Of a DNA stretch of 20,000 nt, positions 1 through 10,499 are shown piece after piece. The DNA is from Malacoraja senta. Taxonomy: Eukaryota. Position 1 is the first letter of the stretch, and each line of letters opens with the position of its first letter. The stretch spans positions 48,703 to 68,702 of the forward strand of contig JAXLNO010000057.1 in the NCBI GenBank assembly GCA_038087875.1, in the 5' to 3' direction. The notes beneath the pieces were generated by a model. That model searched no databases. It saw only the letters and a list, made by a program, of their open reading frames with translations, and was not told the origin of the DNA. A program made the translations under genes and the position numbers.

Positions 1-195
1 CACACACACACAGACACACACACAAACACAGAGACGCACAGACACACATACACAGACACGCACACACACACATAGACAGACACAGACACACACACAGACA
101 CACGCACACAGACACACAAACACACAGAGACACACACAGCCACATACAGACACACATGCACACACACACACAGACACACACAGAAACACACACCA
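1..195. repeat. Degenerate (CA)n/(CAGA) microsatellite
   Basis: Almost pure CA dinucleotide interrupted by GA/TA units; runs off the window start. Confidence 0.95.
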
Positions 196-384
196 ATGTT
201 AGCAGAAACCTGTGGAGGAGATTTTATTGCCAACTGGATGAGTTATACATGTCATTTGGCACCTAATTCTGAGAGAGAACATGTGCGTATTGAAGTGCTC
301 GAGATAAGAGATCCTGATAATCTGACTCACTTGGGAAGGCAGATTCCACATCAACCTAACCTTTGATTTTGCAGCAAAAGAACA

Positions 385-435
385 ACAGAGTGCTGGAGTA
401 ACTCAACGGGGCAGACAGCATCACTGGAGAACATT
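385..435 (-). mobile_element. Penelope-type terminal (pLTR) fragment
   Basis: gtgctggagtaactcaacggggcagacagcatcactggaga matches the terminal motif attached to the GIY-YIG fragment at 5387-5480. Confidence 0.6.
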
Positions 436-584
436 GACTTATTTGTAGTTTGCATTTTTTGCAGTTTGTTTACATAGACATTTAGCACCAAGAGGAAAGG
501 CAGGCAGCAACGGTTCAGTCTAGAGGAGGACTAATAATATTGTGCTTTCAAGACTGAAGGAAGTACAAGCTTATGTTTAAATAA

Positions 585-668
585 AAGCACGCTGAAGTAA
601 TTCAGCGGGTCAGGCAACATCTCTGAAGACAAATAGGCAGCAGTTAGGTTCGAGACTTCTTCAGGCCT
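585..668 (-). mobile_element. Penelope-type terminal fragment, decayed
   Basis: gctgaagtaattcagcgggtcaggcaacatctctg...ttcgagacttcttcag, the same motif family as 5387-5480. Confidence 0.55.
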
Positions 669-679
669 GTTCATCAATT

Positions 680-830
680 ATAGGAGCAGAATTAGGCCAT
701 GAGGCCCATCAAGTCTACTCCACCATTCGATCATGGCTGATCTATCTCTCCCTCTCAATCCCATTCTCCCCCCATCTCCCCATAACACCAGTACTGATCA
801 AGAATTTGTCAATCTCCGCCTTTAAAATGT
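680..830 (-). mobile_element. CR1/HER1-type LINE 3' UTR fragment
   Basis: ggagcagaattaggccat..ggcccatcaagtctactccaccattcgatcatggctgatcta recurs at about 7235, 9185, 9855 and 10025; recognised as a chondrichthyan CR1 3' end. Confidence 0.7.
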
Positions 831-851
831 ACGTTGGAGTATAGATTAATT

Positions 852-980
852 TAGAAGCAAGGAACTACAAATGCTGGTTTACAAAAAAAAAGACACAAAG
901 TGCTGGAGTAACTCAGCAGGTCAGTTACCACCTCTGGAGAACATGGAGGTCACGTTTTGGGCCGAGACCTGAAATGTTGC
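852..980 (-). mobile_element. Penelope-type terminal fragment
   Basis: ggaactacaaatgctggtttaca...gacacaaagtgctggagtaactcagcaggtcag...cacgttttgggccgagacc. Confidence 0.65.
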
Positions 981-1433
981 ATTGGTTTGTTCTGGAAAAG
1001 CCCAGATTCTAAATGAACGTCCAGTAAGTCTACGTGTACCTTGAAAATAGCTCCACTCTCAGTTGAAAGTAGGAACAGCATTCTAGTAATGTTAAGATAA
1101 ACTGGAAATGTTTGGCACGTGAAGTTTAAAGACAGACTTGGAACCAAAGACAGCTAATGGTGGATTTTGCCATTAATCTTGTGCAAACCCATTACTATGC
1201 CCATGCCAAAAGTTTTCAAAGCTAAAATAAAATAAAACTAATTAACTGTGTTATATCGGGTTTTTTCCAATGTGCCCATAACCGTTTTTACTTCAGGTTA
1301 TTAATGTTATTATTATTAATGATCGTGTTATTAATTTGGTGTTCTGGCCATTTAGCTGCTGTAGTATCAACTTCAACACAAGTCGTGACACAGTGGCACA
1401 GCAGTAGAGTTGCTGGAGGAAATGGATTACAGA

Positions 1434-1545
1434 GGTCATGGGGAGAACGTACAAACTCCGCACAGACAGCACCCGTGGTCAGGATCGAACCCGGGACTCT
1501 TGCACTATAAGGCAGCAACTCTACCGCTGTGCCACCGTGCTGCCC
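1434..1545 (-). mobile_element. HE1-like tRNA-derived SINE, 5' head
   Basis: Minus strand gggcagcacggTGGCACAGCGGtagag...GGTTCGATCCtgacc contains Pol III A and B boxes; homologous to the copies at 4715-5009 and 8205-8512. Confidence 0.85.
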
Positions 1546-1554
1546 ATTTAAAGG

Positions 1555-1720
1555 CCTCTAAAATGCCACTTATCTGCCTTCACCACCAGTTCTGGCAGTG
1601 CTTTCCAGGCACCCACAAACTTGTGTCTAAAAAAAGGTAGCTCTGAACATCTTTAAATTATGCCCTTCTCTCCTTAAAGCTACGTCCTGTGGTCTTTGAC
1701 ATTTCCACACTGAGTAAAGG
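1555..1720 (-). mobile_element. Decayed CR1 3' fragment
   Basis: Similar to the reverse complement of the CR1 RT C-terminal/3' region at 6840-6960. Confidence 0.55.
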
Positions 1721-1912
1721 TGGCTAGAATATTTTGATTCCAAAGGTGACAGTGATTTCCTGCTATTGCGATAGATATCAGATTGTACATTCACACACTT
1801 CCAGCTTAAGGAAGCTTTTAGATTTATAATATAGAACATGCCGAACAGTGCAGGACAAGAACAGACCCTTCGGCCCACAATGTCCATGCCAAACACGATA
1901 GCAAGACCATTA

Positions 1913-2725
1913 TCTATATAATTAAACGTCTCATCTTGACCACTTCCATCTATCTGCGCTGTATATTGATTTTAGAAAAAAAACGCCACCATATATTGCT
2001 ATGATTTTTTGCCATCATACCCATAGTCCTCCTCTGCTGATCAGGCACCATGGATTTTTCCCATCGATGAAAAATAAAAGAGTTATGAGTGTTTAAAAAA
2101 CCTTGAGATGCTCTCGCCTGTCAATCGCTGCGATGAAGGTAACGCCCCTTCTGGGGGAGAAACGATAAAACCCCGGATGCGTGGACATGCCTCACTCAGC
2201 AAGATTGTGAGGCAGATGCCACGACTACCATTCTAAGCTGTGAATCAAGTGAACTGTGCTTGCAATAAATGATTTGTTAGCCCTTAATGAAAATGAAATT
2301 AGTTGTTTGGCCTGCCCTGTGCTTGAAACTGCAATGGCACTGGAAGTGAAATGAAAATGTAATCAGCTATTTGGCTTGCCGTGCCCTGTCCTTAAAACTG
2401 CAATGGCAGTGGAAGTGAAATGAAAATGCAATCAGCTGTTTGGCTTGGCCTGCCCTGTTCATGAAACTGCAATGGCAGTGGAAGTGAAATGAAAATGCAA
2501 TCAGCTGTTTGGCTTGGCCTGCCTGTCCTTGAAACTGCAAAGGCAATGGAAGTTAAATGAAAATGCAATCAGCTGTTTGGCTTCGCCTGCCCTGTCCTTG
2601 AAACTGCAATGGCAATGGAAGTGAATTGAAAATGTAATCAGCTGTTTGGCTTGGCCTGCCCTGTCCTTGAAACTGCAATGGCAGTGGAAGTGAAATGAAA
2701 ATGCAATAAGCTGTTTGGCTTGGCC
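1913..2725 (+). mobile_element. Helitron-like non-autonomous element (5' portion) carrying a minisatellite
   Basis: Begins a|TCTATATAATTAAA, resembling the animal Helitron 5' terminus after a host A; ends in a tandem array; no CTRR 3' end or hairpin seen. Confidence 0.45.
2286..2725. repeat. 69-bp minisatellite, about 6.5 copies
   Basis: Unit aatgaaaatgcaatcagctgtttggcttggcctgccctgtccttgaaactgcaatggcagtggaagtga starts at 2286, 2350, 2419, 2488, 2556, 2625 and 2694. Confidence 0.95.
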
Positions 2726-3486
2726 ACAGACACTCTGGACCCATGATCCTCGTGGTCTTTGCAGCTTTTGCATAAGATGTCAAGCAGGCTTTACAAAAGC
2801 AGAAATCCTTGATTTTGTCAAGCACCCAAAATGCCCAATATTACCATGTGTAGGATGGGAAACTGGGTTAACTTAGGATTGGTGGACAGGTGATTATTGG
2901 TCTGTGCTGACCATGAGCTGAAGGGTCTGCTTCCACACTGTATCTTTAAACTAAATTAAACCTCTCACTCATTTAAACTGCAGCAAAAATAAGTCCAATT
3001 CACTAAATCTTTCCTCAAAAGACAGCTCTGTCATTCCATGAGACCAGAGGTGAAGATGGAAAAGTAAGTACAGTGAAGCAACACCATATGTAGCAAAGTG
3101 TATAATCTTGGAATCTTGGGAACTTTATTGTCATTCAATAGAAATGTCATTCGCCAGAAACCCCAAAATGTTTGTCAGTGGCCTTTCAACTCCTCCGATG
3201 AATCACTGGCTTCCTGAACGTGGAACTCAAGTAATCCAGAGGTCAATTTCAACCCCTGAATTTAAAAAGGTCACCGCAAAGTCTAATTTGTTCTGAAGCT
3301 GGGAGCAAAACACAAAGTGACTGAATGAAAGATATACATTCCAAACCTATGCCTTATACTACAACACAGCTGGCTGGAGGAGTCAGCAAGAATTTAGATG
3401 AACTGAGGGAAAAACAATTATTACATGACAAGATTAAAATAACTGCAGAGATTAAGAGCAATGACAAACCATTATTTGTGAACTTT

Positions 3487-3625
3487 TATGGCTTTCTCTC
3501 ACAAATACATGTTAACCTTTCACTTTCCTATCTATATTTTCTTCAACAAATTAATTATGGATTTCTCTCACAAATACATATTAAGTTTATTTTTTGTTTC
3601 CATAATATTTTCTTCAACAAATTAA
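3487..3625. repeat. Imperfect tandem duplication of about 70 bp (2 copies)
   Basis: ttatgg(c/a)tttctctcacaaatacat...tattttcttcaacaaattaa occurs twice in tandem. Confidence 0.85.
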
Positions 3626-3654
3626 CGTCAATATACATTTGATATATTCCTTAC

Positions 3655-3806
3655 CAGTCAATAATGTTGTTGTAAGCAATAATGCTGTTCTTTAAATATG
3701 GCTGGTGATTGATGCTACTTCCAAATGCATATTTAAAATGGCCATCACGTAAACGGTATGATCCTCTCCTGGATATCACTGCCGTTCGGATGTCCTTCAG
3801 GTGATT
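3655..3806 (-). CDS. TADA1: TADA1 (SAGA transcriptional adapter 1) internal coding exon, 152 bp
   Basis: Acceptor tcctacgtcccccag|, donor |gtaagg. Translation [50 protein letters not shown] matches recalled human TADA1 [50 protein letters not shown]. Confidence 0.93.
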
Positions 3807-3932
3807 CTGGGGGACGTAGGATAATTTTTTGCAATTAAAACAGAATATGCTAGAAAACAGTAGTGACTCTGCAAAGGGAAACAAAGTTAAAGTGGAGGAT
3901 TTTTCACATTCACTTTTAACCATTCTAATCCT

Positions 3933-4050
3933 ATAATAGAAACATAGAAATATAGAAAATAGGTGCAGGAGGAGGCCATTCGGCCCTTCGAGCCAGCACC
4001 GCCATTCATTGTGATCATGGCTGATCATTCCCAATGAATAACCCGTGCCT
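3933..4050 (-). mobile_element. CR1/HER1 3' end with (atagaaac)n tail
   Basis: atagaaacatagaaatatagaaaataggtgcaggaggaggccattcggcccttcgagcc...gatcatggctgatc. Confidence 0.75.
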
Positions 4051-4260
4051 TCAAATAATTTCAGGAGATGGTCCAGTGATTTTGTTTTCTCAAATCCCTT
4101 TGAGGGCAGCTGGTAGAGTGAATGCAAAAGTGGGATGGCAAATGTGAACGGGTGATCAATGGTCGGTGTGGACTCGGTAGGCGAAGGGCCAGTTTCCATG
4201 TTGTACCTTTATTACCTAATATGTTATTGAGTTTTCTTCACATTATTTACTTAGTATTTG

Positions 4261-4403
4261 GTTGTGTTAGTTGGGCTAGTATTATGTTGTGTTAGTTGGG
4301 CTAGTATTATGTTGTGTTAGTTGGGCTAGTATTATGTTGTGTTGGTTGGGCTAGTATATGTTGTGTTAGTTGGGCTAGTATTATGTTGTGTTAGTTGGGA
4401 TAG
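4261..4403. repeat. 25-bp minisatellite, about 5.7 copies
   Basis: Unit gttgtgttagttgggctagtattat repeated head to tail with no spacers. Confidence 0.95.
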
Positions 4404-4714
4404 TCCTGTAATCTTCCCAAAGCCGTATTTACTTTAATATAGTTTATTATCATTTGTACCGAGGTACGGTGAAATGTTTTTTTGTTGCCTGCTATCCAGT
4501 CAGTGAAAAGACTATCAATTTTACATCGGCAACTAAAGATACAGAACTGAAACTTGTAGGCTGCTAGTGTTCTCTCTGAGCTATGAATCCCTGTCCCCAA
4601 CTTGCAGGGAAACACGCTACGTATCTGAAAAGACAGGACCCAGAGTGGCAGCATGCATCGTGGGCAGGTCTTAACAACCCTACTCACAAATCAGATAAAA
4701 TAAAACTCTGATTT

Positions 4715-5009
4715 AGACTTGAGATACAGTGCGGAAACAGGTCCTTCAGTCCACTGAGTTAGCGCCGACCAGCATTTAACTCCTTACACTAGCACTATCC
4801 TACACACTAGGGACAATTTACAATTTTTACCGAAGCCAATTAATCTAGAAACCTGTATGTCTTTGGAATGTGGGAGGAAACCAGAACACCCGGAGAAAAC
4901 CCACACAGTCACGGGGAGAACATACAAACTTCTACAGACGGCACCTGTAGTCAGTATTGAACACAGGTCTTTGACGTTACAAGACAGCAGCTCTACCACT
5001 ATGCCGCCC
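4715..5009 (-). mobile_element. HE1-like SINE, near full length
   Basis: tRNA-like head at the right end (gggcggcatagtggtagagctgctgtc...), conserved ggtttcctcccaca core, CR1-like 3' tail at the left. Confidence 0.85.
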
Positions 5010-5386
5010 TAATATCTGATAACTAGCAAGACAGCGCTCCAGCTTTTCTTGTTGTCAAGGACATGGAAAGATTTTGATTTCCCTGACATTTAGAAGCATT
5101 CAAAAATAAATTATACAAAACATTTAAAAATATATACTAATTCCTTGATGTATGAAAGCTCACTACAAATTCTCACTGAAATGCCTTTGGCTCTTTGGGT
5201 TACAAGTCTTCAATATGCCATGTTATCTTTCGTTATATCAAATGGCATGTATAAAATACGCTGTACCAAAATGGTAACAAGCATTTCACTATGGATCACA
5301 GCACTCTTGGCATTCTCCCACTCCATTGTGTTGTCAAAGGGATTACTCTGCTCTGTAAGTAACTGAATTATTCCCCTGCATATTGT

Positions 5387-5862
5387 AGACACAAAATGCT
5401 GGAGTAACTCAGCAGGACAGGCAGTATCTCTGGAGAGAAGGAATGGGCGACATTTCGGGTCGAGACCCTTCTTCAGACTGATGTCAGGGGAGCGAGTGAG
5501 ACAGAGATAGTATGTAGTTGGAGACAGTAAGACTGGTGGAAGAACTGGAAAGGGGAAGGAGATGGAGAGAGAGGGAAAGCTAGGGCTATTTGAAGTTAGA
5601 GGAGTCAATGTTCATACCGCTTGGGTGTAAACTGCCCAAGCGAAATATGAGGTGCTGTTCCTCCAATTTGCGCTGGGCCTCATTCTGACAATGTAGGAGG
5701 CCCAGGCCAGAAAGGTCAGATTGGGAATGGGAGGGGGAGTTAAAGTGTTGAGCAACCGGGAGATCAGGTAGGTTAAGGCGGACTGAGCGGAGGTGTTCAG
5801 CGAAACAATCGTCGAGCCTGCGCTTGGTCTCACCGATGTACAGAAGTTGACACCAGGAACAG
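5387..5862 (-). mobile_element. Penelope-like element 3' portion: GIY-YIG endonuclease C-terminus, 3' UTR and hammerhead-like pLTR
   Basis: Minus frame 5861-5586 reads CSWCQLLYIGETKRRLDDCFAEHLRSVRLNLPDLPVAQHFNSPSH...RKLEEQHLIFRLGSLHPSGMNIDSSNFK*, with the YIG, EH, HF and GMN motifs of Penelope endonucleases. Confidence 0.9.
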
Positions 5863-6004
5863 CTTTCCTACACACCACGCATATTGTGTTCCCCTCATAA
5901 TAGCTTTAAAAGCCCCAGCAGTTCCAAAGAAGTCACTTTCACGAAGAAATCGCAGTAATAAACATGCTGGAAGTAATTAACAAAAGTAAATAGGTGGACA
6001 TTAG

Positions 6005-6270
6005 TTGTAGAGATACAGCATGGAAACAAGCCCTTCAACCCACTGTGTTCACACCAACCATCGATCACCCGTTCACACTAGTTCCATGTTATCCGACTTT
6101 CTCATCCACTCCCAATACACTGAAGGATCTTTACAGAGGGCCAAATAACCTACAAATCCGCACGTCATAGGGATGTGGGAGGAAACTGGAACATTCGGTG
6201 GAAAACCACAGGGTGAATGTGCAAACTACACACATCTGAAGTCAGGATCAAACCTGGTCTCTTGTGCTGA
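6005..6270 (-). mobile_element. HE1-like SINE, decayed
   Basis: agatacagcatggaaacaagccct...gatgtgggaggaaactgga...caggatcaaacctgg. Confidence 0.75.
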
Positions 6271-6399
6271 GGCCAGAGCTATTCATTACATCTTGCAGTA
6301 TCATCAGTGCAAGCTTGCCTTAACAGCACTGAGAAAAGAAAACTTAATATAAATAAGTTACCATTTTAGTGATTCAAAATGAAGATGACCAAAGACCAA

Positions 6400-7130
6400 A
6401 TATTCAGAGTATTGTGTTCAGTTCTGGGCACCATGTTAGCGATGAAGAGGTGGGGCCTCGTGGACAGCACCTCCTGCGAGTGTGGGGACCCAACACAGAC
6501 AGTGGAACACATAGTCACCAGTTGCCCCAAACACCGGCCACCGAATGGTGAACGAGGTCTGATTGACCTGGACGATGACACGTTGGCCTGGCTCGCCTCA
6601 ACGGAGCTGCAGGTCTAAAAGACACACAACAGAAGAAGAAGAAGGCACCATGTTATAGGAAAGGGTACAGAGAGATTTTACAAGAATGTTGCCAGGACTC
6701 AAGGGTCTAAGCTATAGGGAGAGGTTGAGTAGTTCGGGACTCTATTCCCTGAAGCGCAGGAGGATGAGGGGTGATCTTGTAGAGGTGTATAAAATCATGA
6801 GAGGAATGGATCGGGTAGATGCACAGAGTCTCTTGCCCAGAGTCGGGGAATCGAGGACCAGAGGACATAGGTTTACGGTGAAGGGGTAAAGATTTAATAT
6901 AAATCTGAGGGGTAACTTTTTCAAACAAAGGGTTGTGGGTATGTATGGAACAAGCTGCCGGAGGAGGTATTTGAGGTTTAAGAAGCAGTTAGACAAGTAC
7001 ATGGATAGGACAGTTTTGGAGGGATATGGACCAAACACAGGCATGTGGGACTAGTGTAGGTGGGACATGTTGGCCGATGTGGCCAAGTTAGGCCTGTTTC
7101 CACACTGTATCACTCCGTGACTGTGCGACT
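6400..7130 (+). mobile_element. CR1/HER1 LINE RT C-terminus and 3' UTR, interrupted by 6439-6643
   Basis: EYCVQFWAPCYRK then MLPGLKGLSYRERL..LGLYSL.RRRMRGDLVEVYKIMRG..TRGH, the canonical CR1 ORF2 C-terminus. Confidence 0.9.
6439..6643 (+). mobile_element. 5'-truncated Vingi/Ingi-like LINE 3' end with (GAA)n tail and 12-bp TSD
   Basis: KRWGLVDSTSCECGDPTQTVEHIVTSCP (C-terminal zinc knuckle), stop at 6618, agaagaagaagaa tail; TSD ggcaccatgtta at 6427-6438 and 6644-6655. Confidence 0.75.
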
Positions 7131-7234
7131 ATAAGCTGTAACTGAAGGAGTCTGTAAGGCTCATTAGAATTATTGGAAAAGGGAGATTAGAACAAGGGTA
7201 GGATCTCTAAAATCACATGGCCAATGTGATAGGT

Positions 7235-7570
7235 GTAGAATTAGGCCATTTGGCCCATCATGGCTGATCTATCTCTCCCTCCAACCCCATACTCCTGCCG
7301 TCTCCCCATAACCTCTAACACCTGTACTAATCAAGAATATATCTATCTCTGCCTTAAACATATCCACTGATTTGGCAAAGAATTCCACAGATTCACCGCC
7401 CTCGGACTAAAGAAATTTCCACATTAAAATAACATCCTTTAATTCTGAGGCTATGACCTCTAGTCCTAGACTCTCCCACTCATGGAAACATCCTCTCCAC
7501 ATCCACTCGATCCAAGCCTTTCACTACTCTATATGTTTCAATGTGGTTGCCCCTTATTCTTCTAATCTCA
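7235..7570 (-). mobile_element. CR1/HER1 3' fragment
   Basis: Reverse complement encodes the GESRTRGHSLRIKG-type CR1 C-terminus plus the 3' UTR motif. Confidence 0.8.
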
Positions 7571-7672
7571 AATCAAAGTGGTTAACAGTGAGCTGATGAG
7601 TTATCGGGATCATGTACAAGTTAGGATGATGATAATAGATTAACTTAGAGGGTAGAAGACAGAGTTTATTCC

Positions 7673-7870
7673 AAAACATTGCTGGAGTAACTCAGTGGGA
7701 CAGGCAGCATCTCTGGAGAAAATGAATAGGTGACATTTCAGGTCGAGACTTTTCTTCAGACCCGAAACGTCACTTCCCCCTGTTCTCCAGAGAAGCTGCC
7801 TGACCTGCTGATTTACTCCAGCACCTTGTGTCTATTTTTGTAAACCAGCATCTGCAGTTCCTTGTGTTTC
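7673..7870. mobile_element. Inverted pair of Penelope terminal fragments (fold-back)
   Basis: Left arm gctggagtaactcagtgggacaggcagcatctctggagaa..gtgacatttc pairs with right arm gaaacgtcac..ttctccagagaagctgcctgacctgctgatttactccagc. Confidence 0.8.
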
Positions 7871-8204
7871 CATTTATCCAGAAACATTTTGGAATACCAG
7901 GTCTAAGTGTTAGAAAGAGGTAGCAGATGAGATGAGTTGAGGTGGAGTGAGGCAAGTGATGGAGAGAAAAATGTCGGCAATGATGACAGGGATATACGGT
8001 TCAAAGCCCGTTCAGTTTAACCAGCACCTTCAGTTCCTTCCGACAAATTCAGTTTAACCAGGGTAACAACATCCCCAACAGTCAGGTTAACTGTCAAATG
8101 GTTACCAGAGAGAAGGATGGAATTGGTGGCAATTTAAAAGAAACTGCGACAGCGAACTAAAGTCATAACTTTGGTCTTCCCAGCACCCAGGTGAAGAAAA
8201 CGTA

Positions 8205-8512
8205 GATTTATTTAGTTTAGTTTAGAGATACAACACATAAACAGGCCATTTTGCCCACCAAGTCCGTGTTGACCAGCAATCACCCCATACACGAACACTA
8301 TCCTGCACACTAGAGACTATTTACTGCAGCCAAGTTAACCTGCAAACATGTACGTCTTTGGAGTGTGGGAGGAAACTGGGGCAGCCGGAGAAAACCCACA
8401 TGGTCACGGGGAGAAGGAACAAACTGTACGGACAGCACCTGTGGCCAGGATCAAACCTGGGTCTCTGGAGCTGTAAGGCAGTAACTCTACTACTGTGCCA
8501 CTGTGCTGCCCA
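8205..8512 (-). mobile_element. HE1-like SINE, full length with (ctaaa)n tail
   Basis: Head gggcagcacagtggcacagtagtagag...ggtttgatcctgg; tail tttagtttagtttag on the + strand. Confidence 0.88.
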
Positions 8513-8633
8513 GCTTTACTGCTAGTACATGGGAGACAGATGATGCTGCAGTATAGCAGGATGCAACTCGGGTTAAGTGAACAAGAACCGAAATATGTTT
8601 GTAATGAAATAAAACTGAACATTAATGCAGTAC

Positions 8634-8843
8634 CTCCAATGCATGCACCACTGCCACCGCCGCATCTTCAGAAATATTATCCAACCCACATTCAAATGCT
8701 GTTACGAACATCCGGCCTTCTAATTGCCCTCTTGTGGGAAGCACCATGGTGTGAGTGCAAAACTTCACATCATCTTCCTCTTGGGGATCCTTCATCACAA
8801 AGTTCTGTACCCCAGACAAAGGTTTCTGTGCTTGGAAACGATG
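8634..8843 (-). CDS. TADA1: TADA1 internal coding exon, 210 bp, phase 0/0
   Basis: Acceptor cttgcttcttccttcag|, donor |gtactg. Translation [70 protein letters not shown] matches recalled human [70 protein letters not shown]; joins 3806-3655 in frame. Confidence 0.95.
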
Positions 8844-9174
8844 CTGAAGGAAGAAGCAAGCACTTGAGCAAAAAGCTTCATGAAATATGAAAACTATCGG
8901 ATTTCTAAATTAAATGATATGTTTACACACGCATTTTCTACTGAAAATAAATGGGATCTGATCCTGGCATTAACTTGACAAAAAACGATCAAGTACAATG
9001 TTATTCCAAAGTTGCTATTTATAAGCAATTCTAACATTATCTCCATTGTAGATGGACCAGGGCAATGTTTGGCTGAATGTTGATGGATCTGGGTCATTGC
9101 CCACATATACTGACCTGTGGAGCCCCATTCCTATTAATCTTCTGTACCCATGAATCAGGCTACAAGGTATGTGT

Positions 9175-9385
9175 TCATAAGGGATAGGAACAGAATTAGG
9201 TCAGTCTGCCCATCATGTGTACTCCACCGTTCAATCATGGTTGATCTAACTCCCTCCTAACCTCACCTCCATAACCGCTGTCACCTGTCTAAACAAGAAT
9301 CGATCTACATTTGCCTTCAAAATATCCATTGACTTGGTCCACACAGCCCCCTGTGGCAATGAATTGCACAGATTCACCACCCCCT
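9175..9385 (-). mobile_element. CR1/HER1 3' UTR fragment
   Basis: ggaacagaattagg..tactccaccgttcaatcatggttgatcta..gaattgcacagattcaccacc. Confidence 0.7.
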
Positions 9386-9419
9386 GACTATAGCAAGATT
9401 CAGATAGTATTTCTGCTGG

Positions 9420-9810
9420 ACCCCCTGCCCATTAACCCCGTCCCATGCATCCCCTCCCCTATAAACCCCCCCTCCACTGAGCCCATCTTGCACCCATCTC
9501 TCTCCCCCCCCTCCATTCCAACACACCTCGTCAATCCTCTAGCTTCACAATTCGCAACTCACTGATCCTTTTATTTTGCTCCTTGTACGTGATCATCTCT
9601 GGCCTTTGTCCAACCATCTGCCCATCACTAACCAGCCTCGCCTGTGTTCACCTATGACCTACCATGCTTTGTCCTGCCCCTCCACTCTTCTGGCTTCCTT
9701 CCTCCCACACCTACAATCAGTCTGAAAAAGAGTCCAGACCCGAAACGCCACCTCTCCATGCTCTCCAGGGATGCCACCCGCCCACTGAGTTACTCCAGCA
9801 CTGTCTTTTT
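9420..9810 (+). mobile_element. Penelope-type C-rich 3' UTR and pLTR
   Basis: Pyrimidine-rich stretch ending tcagtctgaaaaagagtccagacccgaaacgccacc...ctgagttactccagcac. Confidence 0.7.
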
Positions 9811-10002
9811 CCTCAGGAGCCTCTGATGTTCAGAGACATTATTCATAGGTTCAAGTAGCAGGATTAGACAATTCAGCCCGTCGAGTCAACTGTGCCATTC
9901 AATCATGGCTGACCTTTCCTTCCCTCTCAACACCACACTGTGGCTCTGTGGGAGAGGCAGAACAAAGCGCAACGGCTGGATGGACACTGGAGAAATGGGT
10001 TT

Positions 10003-10140
10003 TAGACAATAGACAATAGACAATAGGTGCAGGAGTAGGCCATTCGGCCGTTCGAGGCAGGACCGCTATTCAATGTGATCATGGCTGATCAGTACCCCGT
10101 TCCTGCCTTCTCCCCACATCCCCTAACTCTGCTATCTTTA
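10003..10140 (-). mobile_element. CR1/HER1 3' end with (agacaat)n tail
   Basis: agacaatagacaatagacaataggtgcaggagtaggccattcggcc...gatcatggctgatc. Confidence 0.8.
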
Positions 10141-10499
10141 AACTTAAGACCAGAGATATTTTTGTGTGTTATGTAAAATAAATTAATTTCAGGTTCTTTA
10201 CATCACAAGTATTTTCCTAAAAGGTTACCCACAACTTTATGTTGTAAATGTGTTGGTTTCAGTCCAGCAAAAACACATAACATAAGTCCTTAATGACATT
10301 TCATAGAAACACAGCGAGAGTGTGTGAGATGTAGATGGGATATGACTCCAATTTTTAACTAACTCCTGTGTTTGTGTATTCATATTTTTCTAATAAATTA
10401 TGGTATCTACACCAGATGATAGTGTACCACAATATAGGAAAACATTCTCATATTTACAATTAAGGGCCAATTGTATTTGGGTTTTTAATGGAAACTCAG

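Noticed and set aside
1434..1545. tRNA gene from A/B boxes
   Set aside because: Continues into a SINE body and has several diverged copies in the window.
2286..2725. Regular repeats as a CRISPR array, and ORFs 2501-2773 and 2553-2825 as repeat proteins
   Set aside because: Head-to-tail 69-mers with no unique spacers in eukaryotic DNA; the ORFs arise because the unit length is divisible by 3.
3651..4199. 182-aa ORF as a standalone gene
   Set aside because: Only 3655-3806 is exon; the upstream part is SINE/CR1-tail sequence and the stop is the GTAA donor.
4261..4403. 25-bp repeats as CRISPR or telomeric repeats
   Set aside because: No spacers and not TTAGGG; a simple minisatellite.
5145..5366. 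Candidate exons or ORFs in unique DNA (also 2740-2870, 3040-3070 and 4560-4690)
   Set aside because: Isolated splice-like signals with no recognisable protein similarity and no fit to TADA1.
7900..8200. Possible old L2 fragment with a 14-bp duplication ttcagtttaaccag (8011, 8048)
   Set aside because: Too decayed to assign by eye.
8495..8890. 131-aa plus-strand ORF
   Set aside because: Antisense shadow of the TADA1 exon, starting inside a SINE.
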